DNA of 55,863 nt from Candidatus Adlerbacteria bacterium (GCA_903878285.1 CAIRHB010000015.1:1-55863), one strand, 5' to 3'. Positions 8,410-18,512 are shown, counted from the stretch's first letter. Notes: a model not told the origin generated them from the sequence alone. Numbers and translations are program-made.

Positions 8410-9081
8410 ATGGTACGAAAGATGACCTTCACGCCGGGAGAATTTTACCACCTCTACAACCGCGGCACAGACAAAAGGAGCATATATACAAACGCGAACG
8501 ACTACGAGCGTTTTCTATCACTTCTCTATATCGCAAACAGTACCAATCCGTTTCATCTCCAAGAGTGGCGCAAGAAAAATCGAGGCGAGACCTCGATTTT
8601 TCTGGAAGAACGTGAAGAAACGCTGGTGGATATCTGCGCATACGTACTCATGCCTAACCATTTTCATCTTCTTGTCCGAGAAAAATCTGATGGCGGCATA
8701 AGCCGCTTTATGCAGAAACTTACCACGGGGTACACGATGTACTTCAACACCGCGCACGAACGAAGCGGAGCATTGTTCCAAGGCGTGTTTAAAGCGACTC
8801 ACGCCTCGGAAGATTGCTACCTCAAATACCTCATCTCCTACATACACCTCAATCCAATAAAACTCATAGAGCCGACATGGAGGGAGACGGGCATCAAAAA
8901 TAGAGCTCGCGCAGAAAAATATCTCGCCAATTTTACCTACTCAAGTTATCAAGACTATGCACATGACAAACGACCACAAAGCGTCATCCTTCAGCGCACA
9001 GCACTACCCGACTATTTCGAATCACCAAGAGATTTTGAGGAGCACATCACCGCATGGCTAGAGTACGCAAAAGAAGTGTAG
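8410..9081 (+). mobile_element. REP-associated tyrosine transposase (RAYT/TnpA-REP, HUH Y1)
   Basis: YHLYNRG, MPNHFHLL (HUH), R.G.LFQG.F, YIHLNP (catalytic Tyr), YSSY; flanked by REPs. Confidence 0.92.
8575..8601. repeat. REP copy inside the RAYT coding sequence (encodes NRGETSIF)
   Basis: AAAAATCGAGGCGAGACCTCGATTTTT, in frame. Confidence 0.85.
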
Positions 9082-9127
9082 TTCGAGGCGAGACCTCGAA
9101 CCAAAAATCGAGGTCTCGCCTCGATTT
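9081..9127. repeat. Inverted REP doublet (REPIN-like) downstream of the RAYT
   Basis: TCGAGGCGAGACCTCGA (9083-9099) and TCGAGGTCTCGCCTCGA (9108-9124). Confidence 0.88.
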
Positions 9128-9166
9128 GTAGTAATGCGTAGTTGTTTTGGAGTTTTTTCATATAGG

Positions 9167-12100
9167 TTAGTTTGCTGGAGTGCTGGAGGCGACGTTGACG
9201 GTGCGGGTCGCGTAGCCAGTGAGCCCCGCTTGGTCGGTCGCACTATATATAATAGTATGCGTACCCGCCGCACTGGTGTCGATGTGGATCTGGTCGGGCG
9301 TCGTGGTCGCACCGCCGTCGACCGAGACCTGGTAACCAATATTCGGGCTCGCCGCGTCAACAATCGTCACGCCAAGGTCGCTGTAGGTATCGCCGACAGT
9401 GAGACTAGTTGGCGAATCCCCCACCACGGTCAACACCGGCGCAGTCGGCGAATTTGCTGCAGATGAACCGGAGTTGCCCGAGCCACTTGCCAAACCGGAA
9501 CTAGACGAACTGCTCAAACTACCGCCGCTTGCGCCAGAGCCACTACCTGCCACGCCAACGCCCGAGAGCATCTGCTGCAGCTGGTCGCCAGTGACACACA
9601 CCGAGCCGCCGCCCGACTTGGTCACACACAGCTTGTCGGTCGTGACCTGCTTGGAAGTAAACGACTCGGCGAACCCTGCCACCGTCGCCTCAAGCGCCGA
9701 CAATTCATGCGAGATCTCCTGTATCGCGCCAACAATCGGCGCAAACAATCCTTGGTAGTCGAGCGTAAAGTACCCACTGCTGGAGTTTTGATGCACCAAA
9801 TTCGGGAATATTTTCGCAACATCTTGCGCAATAAAGCCATACTGTGTCGAGGTTGATGCGCCGTTGCCGAGCATCCAGGCATTCCAGTCGAAGGACACCG
9901 CGTTGAGCTGGTCAATCGCCGACAAGCTGCTTGATGCGTTAAGGGATGTAATGTTGTCCTTGAGTCGCTGATCAGAGGCGGAGGAACAGTTGCTTACACT
10001 GCTACCATTACCGAGCGTACAACTAAACGGCCCATTGATAGTCACAACCCCCGTATTACTCACACTAAACAACGTCGTCGTCGCCGTCGCAGTCGACGAT
10101 GCAATTGCAAAGAGTGTTGTGTTGGTCTCGCCGTTGTTGGCGTGGACAGAGAGTTTTGCATACGGCGAGGTGGTGCCGATACCGACGTTGCTGCCGAAAT
10201 ATGCAGTATTGGTGGTCGTAGCGTAGTTCATATACGTGTTCCATGCTGCGCCAACTGTACCTAGCCCTCCCATTGCCGCATTTGGAATAAGTCCCACGCC
10301 AAATCGGATATACGACGACGCGTTAACGAGCACCTGTTGGCTGCTACCAGACTGTCCAATTGTTAGAGAGCTTGAGTTTGCTGGGAAGTTCATGCTAACC
10401 GCACCGGTATTACTCACACTAAACAATGTTGAGGTCGCCGCACCCGATACATAGTTAGTCGACGACGCAATTGCAAACAGCGTCGACTGCGAACCGTTTG
10501 CATTTGGTTGCGTTGCTACCGAAAGCTGGGCGAATGGTGAGGTGGTGCCGATACCAAAACTACCAGTCGAGATAAAGCGTCCCGCTTCAATGTTGTTGGG
10601 ATTAAAGACGATACTACCTCCACCCACTCCCCATGAGCCGCTAACAAGTCTTGTGGTGAGGTTAAGGTTTGACGCACTGTTGGAAATGCGGTTGAGCACT
10701 ATCCCTTGGGTCGCAAGACCTAGATAAGTAGACGAACTGTTTGACACGCGCGCGAGTGGGGTGCTTGCACTATCAACGCCAGTAACCTCGAACAAGGAGT
10801 TAGGCGCTGCCGTCCCAATCCCCACGTTGCCCGAGTTAGTGACGGCAAACAACGTCGAGGTCGCCGCACCCGATACATAGTTAGTCGACGACGCAATTGC
10901 AAACAGCGTCGACTGTGAGCCATTTGCATTTGGTTGCGTTGCTACCGAAAGCTGGGCATACGGTGTCGTGGTGCCAATACCAAAGTATCCGTTTTGACTC
11001 AGCACAGCACCAATCGTCCCGTTTCCACCCGCAGTGTTAGGTTGATAGGCAAAATACAGACCGCCCTGTCCACCAGCGCCCGTACGGTATGCACCAACAA
11101 CGCCCGTATAATTGGCAGACGTGGCACCAGACACATCAAAACCGATACCACTATAGTTGTTGTTTACACTGCTATTGTTTCGTATTATTTCAGATACGTT
11201 AGAGGGCGCTATACCTGAAAGGAAGTTGTTGTTGTTTGAAGCAACAACGAAAAGAGGACTGTACGGCGTTGCAGTTCCAATCCCAACATTCCCCCCAAAG
11301 TACGCGTTGCCCGTCGTCGTTGCCCCGCCAGAGACAGTGAGTCCACCCGTTTGGTTGCCGTCGCCGATGGTGGTGGAGGCGTACGAGGTGAGCCCACCAT
11401 TAAACGCCACAAGTGTTGAAGTCGCATTACCCGCGAGCGCGAATGGGTAGGCAAAGGTGTCGTAGTTTCCTGCGGGTTGTTTGTTGTTGAAGGTGTTCCA
11501 ATCGGTCGACGAGAGGTAGCCGTTTGCGCCCGTGCCTGCCTGCGTGATAGTAAACTGCCCTGTGGTGTTGTTGTACGACAGCGGTGCGGATGCAGACAGC
11601 GCCCCGAGCGCGATGTAGTTGCTCGGGTTGGTCGCGTTGTATGGCGTGTAGCCAAGCGCGGGCTGGAATGCGCTCGGCGCGTTACCCTGCCACGTGCCCG
11701 CCCAATCGCCAGCGTTGGTGAGTATGCCGGTGTTCGTAATCTGCCCTGTCGTGGTGTTGTAGGCGATGCCCGCTCCTGCCGAGAGCGAGGTGGTGCCAAA
11801 GGTTGCAGCGATGATGTTACCAACGCGAGTGAGGCCTGTGGAGAACGTCAGTGGTGATTCATACAGACCAGCGAGTGCTGCTTGTGCGCGTGCAGAGGTG
11901 AAATAGAGATTAGTCCCTTCAGCAAGGTTGCTCGTGCTCCGCTGCGAGAGAAAGTAGTCGGTCGACGTGGTGGCGAAGTATTTTGCATCATTCGTCCACT
12001 GCGAGATGTTGGGTGAGGCAAACTGTGTCGTAGTGAGCCCTGTCACATTGAACGTGTTGCCACTGTAGGCAAGCCCCGTGCCTGCGGTGGTAGTCGCTGC

Positions 12101-14521
12101 GGCGTAGACACCACCTACTGAGTTGACCGCGAGCGCCGCGTTGGTGAGTGAGGGGAGGATGAAGGCACTTGCAGTGACCGTGGCGAAGGCGTTGTTGCCC
12201 AAGAAGGTGTTTGTCCCAGAGAATGTGTTTGCACCTGAGAAGAGGTTGCTATCAGCAAAGAGTGTGGACGAAGCAGACGAGAGACAGGAGCCGTTGACCG
12301 CGAAGCAGCCCGAGGTGAGGTTGACGCCGTTGGCGATGGTTGTTGAGCCTGTATTGTCGACACTAAAGAGCGTTGTATTGGTGAGCGCGGTTGATGAAGC
12401 GATAGCAAAGAGCGTTGTTGCAGTGTCGCCGTTGTTTGTCTGTACTGCAAACTTCGCCCACGGCGAGGTGGTGCCGATGCCGATCGCCCCGGTCGTCGGC
12501 GCATGGAGCAAGATGTCAGTCGAGGTCGCCGGTATCGTGCCGTAGATCATATTGCCGATGTTGAGCTGATTGCTCGCCAAGGCGGATGGGAAGGCGGTGT
12601 TCCATCCGATGCCGATATTGTTGCTGCCGGTCGAGAGCGCGTTCGGTCCACCTGCGTTGTACTGGACACCAATCAGGATATTGTCAGACCCGGTGGTCAC
12701 GTTCCATCCAGCCGAGGTGCCAAGGAACGTGTTGTAGTCAGACCTGTTTGTGTTGTTGAATCCCGAATATGCACCGACCAGTGTCGAGCCTTTGTTGGCG
12801 TAGAAGCCGCGGCCAACCCCTGCCTCAAACCCGACAGCCGTGGTCGAGGCAGCGTTGGTGTTGTAGAACAGCGATGCATACCCGAGAGCCGTGTTCCCGC
12901 TACCGGCGTTGTTATAGACAAGCGAAGACGCACCGAGCGACGTGTTAAACGATCCGCTATCATTGTTGTTGAGCGCATTTGTTCCGACCGCAGTGTTCCA
13001 GATTCCGCTGCCATCCGACGCGAGCGCTTGATAGCCAAACGAGGAGTCCCCTGTGACATCAGTGCCCAGCTGATTTTGATTCCCTGCCCCGAGCCCAAAG
13101 GTTGTGTCCTCGCTGTTTGGTGACGCGAAGGCGAGTGAGGTGCCGTTGCTCGTGATTAGCCCGCTGCTTACGTCAAAGGTTGCTACTGCCAAGTTGCCGA
13201 ACGTGTTGTTGCCCGTAAAGGTATTGTTGGCATACGTCTTCGCTACGGTACTTGATGCGTCCAAGTAGGCGTTCACCCGGTCGTCGGTGTAGTACTTGTT
13301 TGTGGTGCCTTCGGCAAGCGCGTCCGTCGTGGTGGCATACCAGTCAGCGAGCGCGAGTTTTGTATTGAGCGCCTGCTGTAAATCTGTTTGGTTAGCAATC
13401 GAACCGGTCATGTTTCCCCATGGCACCGCGAGCGTTGTCGAGCCAGCACCGATCACACAAATACCGTTGAGGCTAAAACATCCCGAAAGCAGGTCGATGC
13501 TGCCACCAAACGTTGAGGTCGTTGTCGCAGTGTCATTGAGTGCGCTCGTGAGTGGTCCCGTGAGCGCACCACCCGATAACGGCAGATAGTCATCCGCCAC
13601 GACCGGCTGAATAGTTTGTGTGATGTTGGTCACAGCACCGCCCATCGCGACGTACCCGGTCGGGGTGGTAATGCCCGGCAGGTGCGATTGTATCGACGCA
13701 GACAACTGCTCGAGTTTCGTGTCCAACTCTGCTTCGGTGACCCCGGTGCTCGTGCCGACAACCGTCTTGAGTATCGTCCGCTCGACAACTGGGTAGGTGT
13801 TGTGTTGGATAATTTGCGGCTGCGACTGAGCAAGCGTGATACTCGGTACTGATGCACTTCGTGTAGCTGTGTTCGATATTGTTGGAGTAGTCGAGGAGTT
13901 TGTTTGAGCTGTTTTTTTTACATTGAGCGCATACTGCGAACCAGTGCCGACAAAGAGTGTCGATGCGATGTGTGCCACGGTCGAGACCACTGCGTCTTCA
14001 AGCGATGCAAGCACTGGCAATACGCTCGCTGTTTGCACACCAAACAGCGGCGAGTCAGCGGTGCCCACAGCCGAACCAAATGTTGTCGATCGCACTGAGA
14101 GCGATACCGCCGCGGTTGCCGCAGCACATACCAACGCGCCCGACACCAACGCAACACCAAACGCCACCACCGTGTGTTGTGGCACACGGTACTTCGAGAC
14201 AAACTCCGATGCGTGTATCCGTGCGCGCTCAATCGTCGGCGCGTTTTGTTTTTTATACTCGATGCCTTCGCGGCGACGCTGCTCGGAGAGCTCCTCTGCT
14301 CGCTGCTGTTTTGCAAATACGCGACTCGCCTCAAACCGTGTGACCGAGCGTTCGTCGACAAACCATGCGTTCCGCACACGGACACCCTTGAGCTTACCTT
14401 CGCGACATAATCTGCCGACATAGTCGGGAGCACAGTCGAGACGTTTCGCAACTTTGCGCGCGGAGAGCATCATCTCGCCGGATGGAGAAAGAATTTTGTT
14501 ATCGTGCTCGTGTGCGCTCAT
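9167..14521 (-). CDS. 1784-aa membrane-anchored fibre/adhesin: N-terminal excisionase-like HTH, TM, tail-fibre-like repeats, peptidase S74 chaperone, C-terminal Ig-like (DUF5011-type) domain
   Basis: LSARKVAKRLDCAPDYVGRLCREGKL..VRNAWFV (HTH); hydrophobic stretch aa ~117-140; NTAVG/NTSLG/NTALG repeats; GNVGIGT repeats; SDQRLKDNI...YGFIAQDV (S74); PVLTVVGD...TYSDLG...YSATD (Ig-like). Confidence 0.88.
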   Translation of the reverse strand: MSAHEHDNKILSPSGEMMLSARKVAKRLDCAPDYVGRLCREGKLKGVRVRNAWFVDERSVTRFEASRVFAKQQRAEELSEQRRREGIEYKKQNAPTIERARIHASEFVSKYRVPQHTVVAFGVALVSGALVCAAATAAVSLSVRSTTFGSAVGTADSPLFGVQTASVLPVLASLEDAVVSTVAHIASTLFVGTGSQYALNVKKTAQTNSSTTPTISNTATRSASVPSITLAQSQPQIIQHNTYPVVERTILKTVVGTSTGVTEAELDTKLEQLSASIQSHLPGITTPTGYVAMGGAVTNITQTIQPVVADDYLPLSGGALTGPLTSALNDTATTTSTFGGSIDLLSGCFSLNGICVIGAGSTTLAVPWGNMTGSIANQTDLQQALNTKLALADWYATTTDALAEGTTNKYYTDDRVNAYLDASSTVAKTYANNTFTGNNTFGNLAVATFDVSSGLITSNGTSLAFASPNSEDTTFGLGAGNQNQLGTDVTGDSSFGYQALASDGSGIWNTAVGTNALNNNDSGSFNTSLGASSLVYNNAGSGNTALGYASLFYNTNAASTTAVGFEAGVGRGFYANKGSTLVGAYSGFNNTNRSDYNTFLGTSAGWNVTTGSDNILIGVQYNAGGPNALSTGSNNIGIGWNTAFPSALASNQLNIGNMIYGTIPATSTDILLHAPTTGAIGIGTTSPWAKFAVQTNNGDTATTLFAIASSTALTNTTLFSVDNTGSTTIANGVNLTSGCFAVNGSCLSSASSTLFADSNLFSGANTFSGTNTFLGNNAFATVTASAFILPSLTNAALAVNSVGGVYAAATTTAGTGLAYSGNTFNVTGLTTTQFASPNISQWTNDAKYFATTSTDYFLSQRSTSNLAEGTNLYFTSARAQAALAGLYESPLTFSTGLTRVGNIIAATFGTTSLSAGAGIAYNTTTGQITNTGILTNAGDWAGTWQGNAPSAFQPALGYTPYNATNPSNYIALGALSASAPLSYNNTTGQFTITQAGTGANGYLSSTDWNTFNNKQPAGNYDTFAYPFALAGNATSTLVAFNGGLTSYASTTIGDGNQTGGLTVSGGATTTGNAYFGGNVGIGTATPYSPLFVVASNNNNFLSGIAPSNVSEIIRNNSSVNNNYSGIGFDVSGATSANYTGVVGAYRTGAGGQGGLYFAYQPNTAGGNGTIGAVLSQNGYFGIGTTTPYAQLSVATQPNANGSQSTLFAIASSTNYVSGAATSTLFAVTNSGNVGIGTAAPNSLFEVTGVDSASTPLARVSNSSSTYLGLATQGIVLNRISNSASNLNLTTRLVSGSWGVGGGSIVFNPNNIEAGRFISTGSFGIGTTSPFAQLSVATQPNANGSQSTLFAIASSTNYVSGAATSTLFSVSNTGAVSMNFPANSSSLTIGQSGSSQQVLVNASSYIRFGVGLIPNAAMGGLGTVGAAWNTYMNYATTTNTAYFGSNVGIGTTSPYAKLSVHANNGETNTTLFAIASSTATATTTLFSVSNTGVVTINGPFSCTLGNGSSVSNCSSASDQRLKDNITSLNASSSLSAIDQLNAVSFDWNAWMLGNGASTSTQYGFIAQDVAKIFPNLVHQNSSSGYFTLDYQGLFAPIVGAIQEISHELSALEATVAGFAESFTSKQVTTDKLCVTKSGGGSVCVTGDQLQQMLSGVGVAGSGSGASGGSLSSSSSSGLASGSGNSGSSAANSPTAPVLTVVGDSPTSLTVGDTYSDLGVTIVDAASPNIGYQVSVDGGATTTPDQIHIDTSAAGTHTIIYSATDQAGLTGYATRTVNVASSTPAN
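10421..10984 (-). repeat. Two ~138-bp near-identical intragenic direct repeats (10421-10558, 10847-10984)
   Basis: Both encode GIGTT.P.AQLSVATQPNANGSQSTLFAIASSTNYVSGAATSTLF; shorter related copies near 10050-10185 and 12350-12485. Confidence 0.9.
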
Positions 14522-14647
14522 GGGAGGTGCTGGGGAGGTGTTTCAGTGGTCGATATATCTTTGTGATGCAAAGTCAGTTCGAGTGAAATCACTTACCCAA
14601 TTGTACGAGAAGAACAGCGCAGAGCGCAGCAAAAAAGAAGCGAAAAC

Positions 14648-14656
14648 TGTGGATAA
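14648..14656 (-). promoter_or_regulatory. Perfect DnaA-box-like site upstream of the giant fibre gene
   Basis: TTATCCACA on the minus strand, 42 nt upstream of TACAAT (14600-14605). Confidence 0.5.
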
Positions 14657-15065
14657 GAAATTGTTCGAGCGAGCGCACACGATGCAGCAGAATATCTTTA
14701 CAGCACAAGCGCAGATGGAGATGCGCCACCCGTCTCACCTATCACGAAATTGAGCGTAGTACGGCCAATAGCGCACCTTGCACTTCGAAAAAATGTTGTC
14801 TACCCAAAGATAGAAAAAATATGCTTTGTATGCTAGTCAGTTCGCCTACCATCAAACACATCTCGGATACTCGATACGGTGTTTTTCTCTCAAAATAGTC
14901 GGGAGAAGTCACATCCTCAGTGCCAAATAAGAACACCTTTTATAAGCTGTCGGCAAAGATACTAAGACATAGAATTGCACTTATGTAAAATATCAGGAGC
15001 ACACATCATGCTATAAGAAATGACTAGAATCAAATTCTGTTATATAATTTACCTATAGACAAAAT

Positions 15066-15722
15066 CTAGAAGTGAAGCCGGATGTTCTTGTCGAAAGAAT
15101 ACGTTGTAATAGAAGGAGATCCTATGCCTGCTGTTATCTGCGCACTGATTTGCAGTGATGCGACGAGTGCCAGTGCGCACACAATGCACGCAGCCACAAT
15201 ATTGAGTACCATTGGGAGTACAGTGCGACTTGGAGCCGATGTCTGCCATGCGCCAACCTCGTCTGTCTCGATAGACTCTGCGGGCAGCGTGGGATGCGGT
15301 CTTGGTATGCTCGGAGTCTCTACTATCCGAGAAGTTGTTATTTTTCTTCGTACCTCGGGATACAGAGGCGCATCGTCTGGCACATAGGTAAGTCCACGCT
15401 TACTGGTAAGCGGTAGCGGATGTGACGTAACAGTGGGGATCTTTGTGAGCGTTACTGTATGTTCTTGCATTGCCGCAGGAGCCGGATGTGGAGGCTCCGG
15501 TGGTACAGGAGTAGCAACAGAAATAGGTTCCTGTGTAGGAAGCTCTTTCCCAAAGTATCCAGCAAGTGACTCTACTTCGACATACCACGCCCGACCAACC
15601 TTAGTGCCGGTGACTTTTCCTCCACGAATCAGCTGTCCGATGTAGTCGCTGTGATAATTGTTCTCTTTCGCGGCACGCCGCGCCGAGATGTATCGCTTGC
15701 CCGATATATCTAGCTCATCCAT
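15066..15722 (-). CDS. Excisionase-like HTH protein with Pro-rich linker and C-terminal TM
   Basis: YISARRAAKENNYHSDYIGQLIRGGKV..TKVGRAWYV; TM VLPMVLNIVAACIVCALALVASL; TGcTATACT 6 nt before the ATG. Confidence 0.82.
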   Translation of the reverse strand: MDELDISGKRYISARRAAKENNYHSDYIGQLIRGGKVTGTKVGRAWYVEVESLAGYFGKELPTQEPISVATPVPPEPPHPAPAAMQEHTVTLTKIPTVTSHPLPLTSKRGLTYVPDDAPLYPEVRRKITTSRIVETPSIPRPHPTLPAESIETDEVGAWQTSAPSRTVLPMVLNIVAACIVCALALVASLQISAQITAGIGSPSITTYSFDKNIRLHF

Positions 15723-15742
15723 AAATCTAGTATAGCAGATAT

Positions 15743-17155
15743 TTACTTTTTGAGGGCGAGAACAAACTGTTCGCGCAGTGTCGTCGGGTTTGCCGAGCCT
15801 TTAGACTCACGCATCGCTTGCCCGATAAGAAACTGGAGTGCAGCATCTTTTCCCGCTTGGTAGTCAGCAACCACTGCCGGGTGAGCGCTCACGATCTTCT
15901 GTACAATCGCTGCAAGCGAGCCAGCATCACTTTGCTGTACTAAGCCCTCTCGCTCGGCAATCTCTTGTGGATCTTCGCCACCGTATACCACTCTGGATAA
16001 TATATCTTTTGTTGCGCGCGAAGAGAGCTTTCCCTCGCTATTCATGTGTACCAACTTTGCGAACTGTGCCGCTTGCGGAGCAGTGTCCGAAACGGTGTTC
16101 ACGATATCGTTTGCGATGTAGTTTGCAGCAAGCAACACCAGCTTCTGCTCTTGTAGAAGCGCCGCTACCGCATCAAAAAAGGCGCCAAACTGGGGCTGCT
16201 GTACAAACATATCTGCATCATCTGGCTTAAGTCCAAGACCGAGATAGCGCTCGCGGCGTACCCAAGGGAGCTCTGGCAGCTCAGCTTGCAATCGTTCTGG
16301 CGAGAACTCGGATATCTCAGACAGTAGCAACTTGGGTAGATCTGGGTCTGGGAAGTAGCGGTAGTCGTGACTCGACTCTTTCTTTCGCTGCGAGAACGTC
16401 ACTTGTTTTGTCTCGTCCCAGCCACGCGTCTCTTGTACGACTACCCCGCCCCCCTCGAGCAACTTACTCTGGCGTGCCACCTCAAAGGCGATAGCTCGCT
16501 CGACACTGCGGAACGAGTTTAGATTCTTTACTTCGACTTTGGTGCCGAGCGTTGCGTCTGTACTTACGGAAATATTTGCCTCGACACGCATCTCGCCCTT
16601 CTCCATGTTTGCCTCGCCTGCACCAAGAGAGCGCAGTAGGAGCTGCAGCTCGCGTGCGAACGCACCAGCCGTCTGTGCATCATGGATCACCGGTTCGGTC
16701 ACCAGCTCCATCAGCGGCACACCTGCGCGGTTGTAGTCCACCAGACTCGCGCTATCTTTGTCGCCCGTTGACGAGACGTGCTGCGAACGCGCGGTGTCCT
16801 CCTCAAGATGCACCCGAGTAATCGCGACACCACAGAGCGTGCCGCCCGAGACGAGCGGGTACGCATACTGACTCAGCTGATAGCCTTTCGGGATATCGGG
16901 GTAAAAGTAGTTTTTACGATCAAACTCGGTGTAGTCGGCGAGCGAGGCACCGAGAGCCTTCCCCACCAAAAGCACCTTGTGCACCGCGTCGCGATTGGCT
17001 GCCGGCAGCGAACCAGGGTGTGCCATACACACGGGGCAAATGTTAGCGTTAGGGCGCTTTTCGTCTGGGTCGTTCTTACACGCACAGAACATCTTGGTCG
17101 CTGTCCGGAGCTCGGCGTGAATCTCAAGCCCTATAGTTGGTGAGTAGTCGCTCAT
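15743..17155 (-). CDS. gatB: Asp/Glu-tRNA amidotransferase subunit B
   Basis: IGLEIH, RKNYFYPD, DYNRAGVPLMELVTEP, YRYFPDPDL. Confidence 0.97.
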   Translation of the reverse strand: MSDYSPTIGLEIHAELRTATKMFCACKNDPDEKRPNANICPVCMAHPGSLPAANRDAVHKVLLVGKALGASLADYTEFDRKNYFYPDIPKGYQLSQYAYPLVSGGTLCGVAITRVHLEEDTARSQHVSSTGDKDSASLVDYNRAGVPLMELVTEPVIHDAQTAGAFARELQLLLRSLGAGEANMEKGEMRVEANISVSTDATLGTKVEVKNLNSFRSVERAIAFEVARQSKLLEGGGVVVQETRGWDETKQVTFSQRKKESSHDYRYFPDPDLPKLLLSEISEFSPERLQAELPELPWVRRERYLGLGLKPDDADMFVQQPQFGAFFDAVAALLQEQKLVLLAANYIANDIVNTVSDTAPQAAQFAKLVHMNSEGKLSSRATKDILSRVVYGGEDPQEIAEREGLVQQSDAGSLAAIVQKIVSAHPAVVADYQAGKDAALQFLIGQAMRESKGSANPTTLREQFVLALKK

Positions 17156-17166
17156 ATCACACCATT

Positions 17167-18135
17167 CTACTCCAAAGTTGCAGAAATCAAATCCCGAAGC
17201 ACCTTTACCGATGAGTCGTCCAAAATAGTCACCACCGTCGCCCGCACACCACTGGCAGCAAACATACCGAGAACCTTTTGTATTTCAATAGTATCTCGGG
17301 TATCCGATTTGGTTAAAATGACCAACTCTGGCCTCTGTGCGAGCGCCCCACCCTCGAACTGCTCAAGCTCGGTGCGCACGGTGCGATAGTCCTCAAGCGG
17401 CGTATCCGATTCAAGCGAGACGCAGTGCAGCAACAACCGCGTGCGTGCTATATGTCGCAGAAATTGCATGCCGAGCCCTTTCCCCTCCGACGCACCCTCG
17501 ATGAGCCCTGGGATGTCCGCGAGCACGTGCCCGTAGAACACGCCGAGGTTTGGGTCAAGCGTAGTGAACTCGTATGCGCCGACTTTTGCCGAGGCGCCAG
17601 TGAGCGCGTTGAGTAGCGAGCTCTTGCCAGCGTTGGGCAGGCCGATCAGCCCGCCTGCCGCGATGAGCCGCAGCTCGATGTGCAGCTTGGCACGCTCGCC
17701 GCGACCACCAACAGTACTCTCGGTTGGCGAGCGATTGACCGACGACTTAAACGCCGCGTTGCCTGCGCCGCCGCGACCACCCTTTAGTATTAGATGCTGC
17801 TCGCCCGAGATAAGCACGTCGACAACTTCGCCAGTCGACAAATTTCGCACCACGGCACCAACCGGCACGTCGATGACGAGGTCGTTGCCACTCTTGCCAT
17901 CTTTGTTGCGATTACCACCATCTTCGCCATGCTCGGCTTGAAACTTCTTCTCGCCGCGATAGCGCGCAAGCAGGTTGAGATCGTCGACACCACGGATGTA
18001 TACATCACCACCACTGCCGCCGTTGCCGCCCGAAGGGCCAGCATACTCAATCCCCTTCAGATGCAGCCAGCGCACGACGCCGTTGCCGCCATTTCCCGCC
18101 CGCGCTTCAATATGTAGCTCATCAACAAATGCCAT
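17167..18135 (-). CDS. obgE: GTPase Obg/CgtA
   Basis: FVDE...GNGG, GLPNAGKS, YEFTTL.PNLG, DIPGLIEGA, TKSD. Confidence 0.96.
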   Translation of the reverse strand: MAFVDELHIEARAGNGGNGVVRWLHLKGIEYAGPSGGNGGSGGDVYIRGVDDLNLLARYRGEKKFQAEHGEDGGNRNKDGKSGNDLVIDVPVGAVVRNLSTGEVVDVLISGEQHLILKGGRGGAGNAAFKSSVNRSPTESTVGGRGERAKLHIELRLIAAGGLIGLPNAGKSSLLNALTGASAKVGAYEFTTLDPNLGVFYGHVLADIPGLIEGASEGKGLGMQFLRHIARTRLLLHCVSLESDTPLEDYRTVRTELEQFEGGALAQRPELVILTKSDTRDTIEIQKVLGMFAASGVRATVVTILDDSSVKVLRDLISATLE

Positions 18136-18176
18136 AGTAGTGAAATTAGGACATTGGATGTCCTAGTTAGTCTTCT

Positions 18177-18512
18177 TTAGAGAACAGCGCTCACTACCCA
18201 TGATACAAGCGCAAGGACGACCGAGCCCTCAAGTGCGGGGACAAACCCAGCGACCGCGAAGCCTTTGACAAACGTTGCAAGGAGCCAAAACAGCAGCGCA
18301 TTGAGCACGAAGGAAAATAGCCCGAGTGTCAAAAGGTTTATCGGCAAGGTGAGAACCTTCAACACTGGCTTAAGCGTCACGCCGATAATCCCCCACAGGA
18401 GCGCGACCACAATTGCTGCGTACCAGCCAGAGACGACGATACCCGAAACGATGTGCGGCAAGAGAAGCAGCGTGCCAGCGATGACGAAAATGTGGAGTAG
18501 TATGCTAATCAT
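18177..18512 (-). CDS. 4TM phage-holin-like membrane protein (YvlD/DUF360 type)
   Basis: KPVLKVLTLPINLLTLGLFSFVLNA signature. Confidence 0.85.
   Translation of the reverse strand: MISILLHIFVIAGTLLLLPHIVSGIVVSGWYAAIVVALLWGIIGVTLKPVLKVLTLPINLLTLGLFSFVLNALLFWLLATFVKGFAVAGFVPALEGSVVLALVSWVVSAVL

Noticed and set aside
8371-9127. CRISPR array
   Set aside because: Repeats are 17-bp palindromes in mixed orientation with no regular spacers and no cas genes; they fit REPs.
10421-10984. DGR template/variable repeat pair
   Set aside because: No reverse transcriptase nearby; differences are mostly third-position and not adenine-specific.
9167-14521. MYRF-like release of a transcription factor by S74 autocleavage
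   Set aside because: S74 lies far C-terminal of the TM, on the presumed outside, so cleavage would not free the HTH.
9167-18512. Prophage, suggested by the tail-fibre/S74, excisionase-like HTH and holin-like genes
   Set aside because: No integrase, terminase, capsid or portal; the genes are interleaved with gatB and obg and have host-type promoters.
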